NCBI RefSeq assembly: GCF_006345805.1
Contig: NC_043008.1
Location: 48,732,001 to 48,796,000 of the forward strand
Direction of reading: 5' to 3'
Length of the DNA: 64,000 nucleotides
Origin: Octopus sinensis
Lineage: Eukaryota
The notes under the pieces are model-generated. The model ran no database searches, was not told the origin of the DNA, and worked only from the letters and a program-made list of their open reading frames with translations. The position numbers and the translations under genes are program-made. Of the stretch, positions 53,244 through 64,000 are shown one piece after another. Position 1 is the stretch's first letter; each line of letters opens with the position of its first letter.

Positions 53244-56200
53244 AACAACAAACAAGATGAGGACAAATATCTGTCAAACGTAAATAATGTAAATAAGGTC
53301 AACTTTGCCTTTCATCCATTTGAGGTTGATAAAATAAGGGACCAGTCAAGTAGTGGTGTTGATGTAATTAACTTGTCCCCTTCCATCAAAAATGCTGGTC
53401 TTGAACCCTAGAAGAGACTGGCATTGCCTGTTCAGGGGAATGTTGTGATCCCAGTTATTTATATGCCATGGAAATCGGGTAACCAGCCTTATGAGTCACA
53501 GGGCTCGAGAATAAAAGGAACAAAACAAAAAAAGAAAGAAAAAGAATATCTGCACAAAGAGCAGAAGTAGGATTTGAAACCAGTTCCTTTCTTTACCTCG
53601 AGTGTTGGGGGAGGTTTAATATTCTTTTTATTCTTTTATTTGTTTCAGTCATTTGACTGCAGCCATGCTGGAGCACCGCCTTTAGCTGAACAAATCAAGC
53701 CCAGGACATACTCTTTGTAAGCTAATTCTTATTCTATTGATCTCTTTGCCAAACCACTAAGTTATGGGGACATAAACACACAAACATTGGTTGCCTAGCG
53801 AGGGTGGAGGGGAAGCACAGACACACAAACATATGGGTGTGCGTGTGTGTTAGGAAGGGCATCCAGCTGTAGAAACTCTGCCAGATCAAGATTGGAGCCT
53901 GGTGCAGCCATCTGGTTCGCCAGTCTTCAGTCAAATCTTCCAATCCATGCTAGCAAGGAAAGCAGATGTTAAACGATGATGATGATGATATATATTTCCT
54001 TCTACCAAATCCACTCACAAGGCTTAGGTTGGTCTGAGGCTATAGTAGAAGACACTTGCCCAAGGTGCCATGCAGTGGAACTGAACCCAGAACCATATAG
54101 TTGGGAACATTAATGATGTAAGAGGACTTAAAAATTGATGTTGTGTCCATGTAACATTTGCTTATCTTGACTGGAAATAGAGAGAAGAATAGTCTAACTT
54201 CTACTTTCTGAAACAATCATCATCATCATCATAATATAACATCTGTTTTCCATGACGACATGGGTTGGATGGTGTTACAGGAACTGGTAAGGCTTGGGTT
54301 CCACTGTCTGTCTTGGCATGATTTCTACAGCTAAATGCCCTTCCTGATGCCAGTGACTTTATGGAGAATACTGGGTGCTTGAAGTAAAAGATTATACATT
54401 CTAAGTACTGAAAAACTGTGTTAAAACTGAATACAAGCAAGCATTCCCAAAAAGCAACTGGGAATATCGTGTGCATTAATTAACTTGAAACTGATTAAGA
54501 CAAGAGACATAAAATAAAAAATAATGGTTTCAGACATGTCTATGAGGTATGAAATTCACAAGAGAGAAACTATGAACTTGTGTATCTTTCTCCAAAGTAA
54601 AAGAGCCGGCTGTGGACTCAACTTTCCTCCACTGCTCAGAGCCGACTCAAACTGTTTTTAAGATATTTACCCTATCTGTGTATGTTGTATGTCTCCTGGC
54701 AGGAGTTGGACAGAATTACAATACAGCATCTTCCATATTACCTATGAAGCTAACTAGTCTTCAATCTAACCCAATTAATTCAATCCAAAACTTTCTACAT
54801 TTACCTGGTGGGTATATATTCTCAACAGGCATAGGCTTTATCCAGTTTAAATTATTCAATCACTTCACATGTCCGTATCAATCCACTCAACTCTCTTTTA
54901 TCATCAACCATCTGCTGAACAATTTGACAGGTTGGCAAGGCTGGAAAGCTGCAGCAGGCTCCAATTGTCTCTGTTGGTATGGTTCTACGGGTTGCATGCC
55001 CTTAATATCAACCACTTTACACAGTGTACTGGGTGCTCTTTACATGGCTCCAGCAGGGGTGCTTTTATATAGCACCAGCATGACTGCACAAGTAACTTTG
55101 ATGCTCTATCATTTTTTCAAACCATTCAAACATTGGTACTCATTGGTGGAGCCAAAGAGTACAACAGATACGGGCAAAAAGAGAGGACAAATCATTTACA
55201 TGGCTGACAGGATCCTACAAAAATATATTGCAAGTTATTCAGAGAAGAGGCCAGACAAAGTGTGTTGGAAAGTAGTTTAAAAACCTAAGAAATTTCCATA
55301 TTGATTACCAACTCAGAGAAGACATACATTGCAACAGCCTGGAGCTGAACAATAAAGGTAACATTGAGCAGTCTATAAGAAGAGATTAACTAAAACAGTG
55401 ACTGCCACTGAGATTGCTCAGCTCCAGATCACATCCAATCCAACCATGACCATCTTATTATGGCTTTTTACCTTTTTTTAAGATGGTAGAGTGTGACTTG
55501 AAGAAAACATGGTGCATAATAGGGAGGCTCTTCCCTTTGATTTCCCTGACCATATTACATCTGAGATCTTATAATTAAACAAATCAACAGCCATGATACA
55601 GGTTAAAAGTAGATTCAACCAGAATCTCAAATTGGGTCACACATATATTCTACAATAAACTGAGACTATATCACAGGAACCACCACAAAAAGTAATCTTA
55701 TTTTGTCACTGCCAACACCAAAGAAATGAATATTTCATTAAAAGAATGTATTAGATCATCTTCATCATCATTGTTTAACGTCCGTTTTCCATGCTGGCAT
55801 GGGTTCCAAAAAGTATATGAGGTGTAACTGTACTAATATATATATAATACATATATGAATGGAGAAAATGAGGAACTGGCCTCTGGCTACCATAAACCCA
55901 CTGTCTCATCCCACTGTCTGTTATTTACACCAAAATACAATGCCACCAAGAAGGACTTATAACTTTGGACACATATTTTTACAAGAAATAATGGTCCATA
56001 CTTAACTTGTAACAATGAAGGAAAGGGGGAAAAGTCATCCTGAGTAGAAGTTGAACTCAGCTTCTAATGGTTTGTCAATCCAGTTTTGATGACTCCACAG
56101 CCCTTGGCACAAGGACAAGGGATTTAAAGAGAAATTGACACAAACAGAATTGAACTCACAACATAAAAGTATGAATCTGTAGGGCATTTGTTTCTACCAC

Positions 56201-57578
56201 TTCACTGCCTTAATCTCTCTCTCTCTTGACATTGTCTTCTGCATTTGGGGACAACACACACACACACATTGTTGTCATTCACAACATCATCCTGTCCATC
56301 TAAGTAAAAGTGACACCCTTTACACCTATACCCTTGCACACAATCTGTCCCTGACAAATCTTTCCCCCACAACATATCTTCCCAACACCTCCTTCCTTCA
56401 CCTGTGTTCCCCCTCACTGCATTCTCCTCTCCTCCATCTGCCACTCACATGAACTTCCCCTATCCAATCCTCTCTACCACTTATGAACCCCACCCAGTAA
56501 CTTGAAGGTAAGCCCTGACATATCTTCACCATCTTTCTCTCTCTCTCTCTCTCCAACTGGGGGCCATCATACATTTCCTCTACAAGACACCCTATTTCTG
56601 TCCCTCTATTCATACTCTAACCTAATCATCACCAGGCACAAAGCCAGCTCCCTCAATACTATATTCTCTAGCTGAGGGGGCGAGGGCCCCGGCTTGCAAG
56701 TTGCTTGGTGACTTCAAATGCTGCAGTGCCACATAAAAAGTACCCAGCCCACTCGGTAAGGTGGTTGGTGTTAGGAAGGGTATCCAACCAAAGGAACCAT
56801 GCCAAAGTACCAGCTGAGTATTGAGGAGGAGGTGGCTTCATGCAAGGTGACTCACTGGAGAGGAGATACAAGGCTGCCCTGCATTACATAAGGGTTAGTG
56901 AGAGTAACTAGAGAGATAAAGATCATGATGATAAGGTGCTAGGACATCTATCTGTAGTTTACATATATATATATTGAGAATGATGCAGTTAAATCTAACA
57001 TATATATCAATTCTGAAATTGAACACTTACTGTTTGGTCTAGTGTACAATATTTAACCAGAATCAATAATTACAAAACTCTGACAAAGCAAGCTAAAATA
57101 CAACCACTGCCATTTTACACCCACTTTCTATGCTGGTATGGGTTAGATGAGCTGTGATCTGAATCATTTTTTATTTGGAGCTACTGCTCTCTTATGCACA
57201 ATCGAGGCCCCATGTCTCATTTGTAGGTTTTATTTTGACATGGTTTCCCTGGAAGGGTGTTCTTCTTAACGTCAATCACTTTACACTGTGTACTGGGTGC
57301 ATTTTCACCAGCATCAGAGATGTCATGTCCTTGACAAGACTAGTCATATGGATCCAGTGTTTCTCCTCAATTACCAACCAGTTTACGATGTGTGCTGTGT
57401 GCTTTAATGTGACACCAGCACCAGTGGCAACCCTGCTAATGTTCATCTGCAATCGACCTCAGAAGAATTTGAACTCATAACAGAGTGACAGGTGAAATAC
57501 TGCTAAGCATTTCGTCCAGCATGCTAACAATTCCGCTAGCTTGCCACCTTAATAATAATAATAATAATAATGATAATG

Positions 57579-58098
57579 CCCTGATGCAGTACCAGACAGT
57601 GGCTCTCATGGCTTCTGATCTTAACTGATTGGAAGTGTTACCATGTACATGCTCTGTCTTGGCTTAAACCAAGATGGGATACAGCAAATATTCTGCTCAA
57701 TACCATGGATTTGCTTATCAGTTACTTGACCTTAACCAGTTGGGCGTGTACCTTGGTGGCTGGTGATATGTGCATCTCTGATCATGAGCAGGGGAGGAGC
57801 ATCATAGCTATGTGTTGAGAGGAATTCCTAGAAGTTTGGATAATTCCCCTTTAGAAACAACCCTTATTCAGGGACCTTTTGAGCGGGATGGGCTACTCGA
57901 CATGAGAAAATTCTAACTGGGCCCCACCTGCAAGGTCATGCACTGTTTATCTTGATATGAGATCACCATGTCGCACACATATAGTTATGATGCAAGTGCC
58001 TGGTGTACCCTTATCAGACGGGTAATCATGATGGGTATACTGGGCTTTATATATTTTAACCCAGTGTCACTTTGATGGCATGCACTGCTCTCCCATTC
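57579..58098. mobile_element. Unclassified ~560-bp interspersed repeat embedded in (AAT)n, copy 2 (small internal deletion)
   Basis: Same orientation and same termini as 1560-2117; flanked by (AAT)n on both sides. Confidence 0.75.
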
Positions 58099-58131
<33 letters not shown>

Positions 58132-60214
58132 TCTTACTACTACAGGTGCAAAGCCTGAAACTTGGATGGGGGTGGGGGTCCTAGTCGATTACCTCAAGCC
58201 CAGTGTTCAACTGGGAATTATTTTACTGACTCTGAAAAGATGAAAGATAAAGTTGATGTCAGAACGTAAAGCCAGAAGAAATGCTGCGAAGCATTCTGCT
58301 TGGTACACGAACGATTCTTCCAGCTCACTGCCTTTAATTGCTTCTACCATAGATGCAAGGTCAGCAATTCTGAGGAGAGAGGAGGGGCTAATCGATTACA
58401 TCACCCACAGTCCTCAACTGGTACTTATTTCATTGACCTCAAGTAGATGATTATTATTATTATTATTATTACTTAGTAGAGTTGGCTCAGGTGGGGAATT
58501 AGTCTAAATGCTTTACAAAATCAAGTTCATTATTTTACTGTTTCAACATTACCTTTCATCCCTCCAAGAGTCAATAAATTAAGTACCTGTAAGATAGTGG
58601 GGATTACATTTGCTATATTCAGTTGTATTGTATTTCCATTCCTTGAAACAAGTTTTGTGCCTTGTGGGGTGGGTAAAAGAAATCATCCCCTTCCTTTACC
58701 ATGTTCCCATAGATTAAATGTGTGTAGATTGTAGGGCACTGGTTTGTGTTGCAATCTTACATGACTGTGTGAGTCAGGCCCATAGCACAGCCTTCTCATC
58801 TGGCTCCATCACTTCTCATCTTTTACTTTATTTTACTTCTCTTACAGCTGCTACTCTCCACAGCCAGTTGTCCATAACTGACAGATGTTCACACAACAGG
58901 TCCGAATCCGTGCAGCTGATTCTTGTCTATTCATTAATTGATACACCTTTTTTATCGATTCAGTGTAACTTGAACTTAGAAGATAAAGGTGGAAAATACA
59001 GTTAAGTATTTGGTCTGGTATGCTAACAATTCTGCCAGCTCATCACCTTAATAATAATAATAATTATTATTATTATTATTATAATTATTTTTATTTCTAT
59101 TAAAGGCACAAGGCTTGAAGTTTTGTGGGAAGGAGACTAGTTGATTACATCGACCCCTGTATGAAACTGGTACTTAATTTATCGACCCCGAAAGGATGAA
59201 AGGCAAAGTCGACTTCGGTGGAATTTGAACTCAGAATAACAATAATCTGTTATTATTGCCAAAAGGGCTATAGGGGGACATTACAAGGAAAGGACGAGAG
59301 TCTACAATAAATTTGGATGAGTGAAAAAGACAGAACTGCTATCCACAGTATATAAATGGACACTAGAGGCTTCAGAGAGGAGAACTACCATCTTGGACCA
59401 ATTAAAATCTGTGGGTCCAGTACTGAACTCATAGATCCAATATTTGTCTAACTACAAAGAGCAAGTGCAGCCCTCTACCTCTCCAGTCTATAGGCACATG
59501 CTGACTCTATTTCAGACCCTTTGGCCCTCGTGCCAGTGGTATGTAAAAAGCACCCACTACACTCTTGGAGTGGTTGGCGTTAGGAAGGGCATCCAGCTGT
59601 AGAAACACTGCCAGATCAGATTGGAGCCTGGTGCAGCCTCCTGGCTTGCCAGCCCTCAGTCAAACTGTCCAACCCATGCCAGCATGGAAAGCAGACGTTA
59701 AACAACAATGATGACACTTCCCTCTGCACTCTCACCTTGCTCTCCAAGTGAAACTCGAAAATGTTAGTGAGTTCTTGGCAAAAGAGGAAAGTTATTGCTT
59801 TCAACCCTTTCAGTCCCATCCACCACGCAACTGCCTTTGCTCTAGCCAGCAGAGAGAGGAAAATTATCTGCTCTTTCTAGCCCCAGAAAAGGCAGTGGAG
59901 CAAACTTCCCAAATGATTCAGCTGATATTTATATGGGTCCTTCCAAAATACAAAAATAACTGTTCGATAAAACTCCACAGGTTAGAAATGTTTGAACAAA
60001 AGCATGCAGGATAATTTTGTGGCTTCATACCTTGGACAGGCTTGACCGATGACACTTTCATGCCTGTAGAGTTTATCTTAAATTGGCAATGCCCTTCTAT
60101 AGCATTGCCATGCCAAGGATTTCTCAAACATGTTTATAGACCCCAGACTGAAAATCCTCCAGAATAGCCCAGTCAAATAATCTTCACTAACTACAAAATG
60201 TTTCCTGAAAATGC

Positions 60215-60288
60215 CATCATTCTTGCCTCTCTTCAGTCTTCTATAGAATACACATTGTACAGAGAACTGAAGAGAGGCAAGAATGATG
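60215..60288. other. Perfect 23-bp hairpin with 28-nt loop (74 nt)
   Basis: CATCATTCTTGCCTCTCTTCAGT (60215-60237) is the exact reverse complement of ACTGAAGAGAGGCAAGAATGATG (60266-60288). Confidence 0.9.
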
Positions 60289-60914
60289 ACAAACATGGCT
60301 GTTCCATCAGTTGCACAGCCTGACTGGCAGAGTGCTGCAAGTACCTGATAAATTTCCAGCCTTGGACTTTCATTGATCCAAGACGGCAGTTCTGTCAAAA
60401 AGACAAGCTATGATAAAAACATGGCTGAAAAGGGGATTACACTTGTACACAGTCTAGGAATGTCTGTAGATGCTGCAGCCTCAAAGCATGTTTGCATATC
60501 ACAGCCACAGTATACTGAGTCCCCTTCAAACAGAGGATGTCCACAGCAAATGGACAACCTGACCATGTCCCAGTGCCTATCCACCTTGAGGTCTGAATCA
60601 AATCCCAAGCAACTTAATTGCTGTGTCGGTCAAGTCCCCACCCCACTACCTACTATGTTGGCTGGTCGTACGGACTTGCTTCTTCAGGTGCCAAAATGCA
60701 AGCTCACATTAGCTGTCCAGGTTAATCATTGCTCCTGTCACCACTTCGTATTCCCTTGGAATGGTGCCAACCATTTTGATTTCCATGATGTTTGACACAT
60801 AATAATGATGTCTTACACTGGCACCAGACCAGAAATTTCTAGGGGCAAGGTACAGTGGAATTAACTCTCAGAATACTTAAACAGGTGTAGCCTAATCATG
60901 ATGATGATGATTCG

Positions 60915-61330
60915 TGACCATTGTTCAGGCTGTGTATGAAGATGTTCCAAGCTGGAGTATTCAATAACATAGCTGGAAGTGGGGGAACAAGGGGACAGTA
61001 CTTTTGAGTTTACTGTATAAGCCTGCAGGTGGGAGGAGCAGCAAACTGAAGGACTGCTCTCGGCATGTCAATGGGGACATTTAATACCATTTAATGCACA
61101 GGTAGGAGTTCAACAGGGCTTAATACTCAGTTTTGTTTCATTATGGCTCTTGAACCATAGATTCAGAATAGGATGTCTCTGAGAATTTTTGTAATCCAAT
61201 GATTTAATTCTTAATGCAGCATCTGCAGAAGAGCTGAAGAAAGAATTTCAAAGAGTGGCAGAACCAAAGTAGCCAATTGTTAACATAACAAAGACCAAAC
61301 TGTTAGTAGCAGACACACAAAAAATGATGC
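60915..61330 (+). mobile_element. RTE RT-domain fragment
   Basis: Decayed QVGVQQGLILS (cf. VGVHQGSVLSP) and VNITKTKL (cf. VNxxKTK) motifs matching the family at 27010-28115. Confidence 0.55.
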
Positions 61331-64000
61331 AGTGCAACAAAGATTGAGTTTGCTTTTGCTGGAAACGAAATGAGATAAACATGATTCAGTGGATGGAGGG
61401 GACAGGTATAAGAACTCGCATGAAATGGCAAATGTAAGTGAAGAATTGAGAAAGCGGCAGGCGATAAAAAAGGTGTATCAATTAATGAATAGACAAGAAT
61501 CAGCTGCACGGATTCGGGCATGTTGTGTGAACATCTATCAGTTATGGACAACTGGCCGTGGAGAGTAGCAGTTGTAAGAGAAGTAAAATAAAGTAAACCA
61601 TGAGAAGTGATGGAGCCAGATGAGAAGGCTGTGCTATGGGCCTGACTCACACAATCATGTAAGATTGCAACAGAAACCAGTGCCCTACAATCTACACACA
61701 TTTAATCTATGGGAACATGGTAAAGGAAGGGGATGATTTCTTTTACCCACCCCACAAGGCACAAAACTTGTTTCAAGGAATGGAAATAGAATACAACTGA
61801 ATATAGCAAATGTAACCCCCGCTATCTTACAGGTACTTAATTTATTGACTCTTGGAGGGATGAAAGGTAACGTCGAAACAGTAAAATAATGAACTTGATT
61901 TTGTAAAGCATTTAGACTAATTCCCCACCTGAGCCAACTCTACTAAGTAATAATAATAATAATAACCATTGTTTAACGTCCGTTTTCCATGCTGGTATGG
62001 GTTGGACAGTTTGACCAAGGGCTGGCAAGCCAGAAGGCTGCACCAGGCTCCAATCTGATTTGGCAAGGTTTCTACAGCTGGATGCCCTTCCTAATGCCAA
62101 CCACTCCAAGTGTATAATGGGTGCTTTTTATGTGCCACTGGTGGAAACTCCAATTATGGCCAATCAAGAAACCCCACAGATCCAGGATTATTCTAACCAC
62201 TAAAGGTATGAGGCCTTTCTTCTGCTTTCCAATCCACAGGTTCACTCTAACCATTTTTGCAACAGTCACCCATCTTCTCACAAATAACACTTTCCTTTCC
62301 AAGTGGAACTTATCCTTTCAGTCTCGTCCACCATAAAACTTTATTTGCTATAGCCACTCGTCAGAGGAAGACTGCCTGCCCTGCTTTGTTAATGGTGGGT
62401 GGTGGGGAGATACTCACGACAGATTTGCCCCACACATGACAAAAGCTGTTTGACCTAACTCCACAAATCAACAATGCTCGAACGCTGTGCAAGTGCATGC
62501 AAAATGGTTTCATCATTCTGCGTGCACCTCAGACAGTCCTGCCAAACAACACTTTTGTGCCTATAGAATTTATCTCAAATTGACAGTGTCCTCGGTAGCA
62601 CTGCCAGGCCAGAGATTTCTGGAAGTTAACTATGATTTCAAATTTTGGCACCAGGTGAGCATTTTTGAGGGGAGGGGCTAGGCTTATTACATCAACCCTG
62701 AAAGGATGAAAGGCAAAGTTGCCCTTGGTAGGTTTTGAACTCAAAGTGTAAAGAGCTGCAACAAATACCACAAGTATTTTGCCCTACACTAATGATTCTA
62801 CCAATCCACCGCCTTCAGGATAATGATAATAAATAACGGGCAGTGGGTGAGGTGGCAAAACTGGTAGAGTGTTAGACAAAAATATCCTACATAGCTTTTT
62901 TTGTTTTTGCTTTGAGTTCAAATCCCATCAAAGTTGATATTGTCTTTTATCCTTCTGGGGTTGATAAAACAATGTGGCAGAATTGAGGATCAATACCAAC
63001 AGTTTAAGAAAGTTTGCGGAGTGTCAATAAAGTTTAGTTGCTTATAAGAAGTTGAGAGGTTAACGTTTTCAACTTTTGTCCTTCAAGTCAAAAAAGGGAT
63101 GAAGAAGTTGTGTGTATGTGCCATTAACCTTCGACTCTCCATTTATTACTCTTCTATTCAAGGGCAAGAGTCCTGGACAATAGCCTCTCAATTTCTATTA
63201 ACAAATTGATATGACATTATTCCATAAACTCTCCATTAGATTTATCATCAATCACATAGGCCGTCACCATTTTCATTCTGGGCATTACGTTAAGATTAAA
63301 TTTTCTCCCAAAATTCCAAGACTTGTGTTTGTGTCAGAAATCATTCTTCAACCTTTTCTCTCTTCCAACCAGAGTTCATAAAACACAGTACCATTTATAT
63401 ACTGGAGTTGGTTCAAGTGATTATCTCACCCCATTTCCTGACTTTGTAATAGAAATGATTATTATTAATTAATAATTTGTATAAAAATTATCATTATTAA
63501 TCAAGGTGGCAAGCTTGCAGACTCGTTAGCATGTCAGGCAAAGTACTTCACAGCATTTTGTCAGTCCTTGTATTTGAGGTCAAGTTCCACTGAGGTTGTT
63601 TTTGCCTTTCATCCTTTTAGGATCAATAAAAAAGTACCAGTTGATTATGGGGGTCGAAGTAATTACCCCCTTCCCCGAAACCGCTGGCTTCGTACCAAAA
63701 CTTGAAACCATTATTATTGTTATCATACAGGATCACATCAGAGGCAAACCTTCTCTTATCAATGAATTTAATCATACAATATTCAGAATGAGAAGAAAAA
63801 AGTTCAAAGGGAAAATCTTAAGATATATTACAAGCCATATTCAAAGGTAGGACTTGCAAGAGAAAAGAAAGAAAACATTAGGTATGCACACACACACACA
63901 CAGAGGGTGGTGGTGTATGGGAGCAATTGGTTGGCTTTCACCAACATCACAAACTGCAAAACTAATTATTGAACAGTAGCAGACTTAGGATCATCCAGTT

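Larger units (their letters stand above)
52880..53298. mobile_element. Composite tRNA-headed, hammerhead-bearing SINE-like element, locus B (full minus unit 52880-53162 plus deleted plus unit 53166-53298)
   Basis: Minus unit: GGGCATATGGCGTAGTGGTTAAGAGCACGGGCTACTAACCCCAAGATTCTGAGTTCGATTCCAAGCAGTGACC (A box TGGCGTAGTGG, B box GAGTTCGATTCC; 53159-53087), (AAT)n, hammerhead, (AAATAATGT)n tail. Confidence 0.8.
58451..61965. repeat. ~505-bp inverted repeat pair (58451-58957 / 61462-61965), about 97% identical
   Basis: Direct manual comparison gave ~15 differences. The ORF track shows near-identical peptides 58718+ and 61701- (MCVDCRALV...IDTPFLS). Confidence 0.92.

Noticed and set aside
58718-59005. 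Duplicated small gene suggested by near-identical ORFs 58718+ and 61303-61701-
   Set aside because: The peptides are a by-product of the inverted duplication, diverge at its edge and show no protein-family features.

Overview
AT-rich, microsatellite-dense eukaryotic genomic DNA whose repeat content resembles Octopus/cephalopod genomes (inference; no database search was run). The window is dominated by one minus-strand gene, an ASH1L-like histone H3K36 methyltransferase. Two coding exons are well supported by splice signals and matching intron phases: a giant 6,781-bp exon (22037->15257; polyQ N-region, four AT-hooks, KHKNIVDPVFL and LPPKKRH motifs) and a 1,258-bp exon (11916->10659). I found no AWS/SET/PHD/bromo/BAH exons (probably left of the window), and the start exon is uncertain. 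Everything else is intron filled with decayed transposons: Tigger/pogo, three mariners, piggyBac- and hAT-type MITEs, RTE LINEs (one family with a PHD finger inside the RT), an R4/Dong-like RLE LINE remnant, a Penelope GIY-YIG fragment and several tRNA-derived SINE families. The most unusual observations: (i) a composite tRNA-headed element carrying a minimal type I hammerhead ribozyme, found at two loci in head-to-head inverted arrangement; (ii) a LINE/SINE set that appears to target (ATT)n microsatellites; (iii) a ~97%-identical 500-bp inverted duplication, two shorter inverted repeats and a perfect 23-bp pre-miRNA-sized hairpin in the intron; (iv) a five-copy TCATGTGA E-box array. No prokaryotic features (CRISPR, operons, rRNA) are supported.
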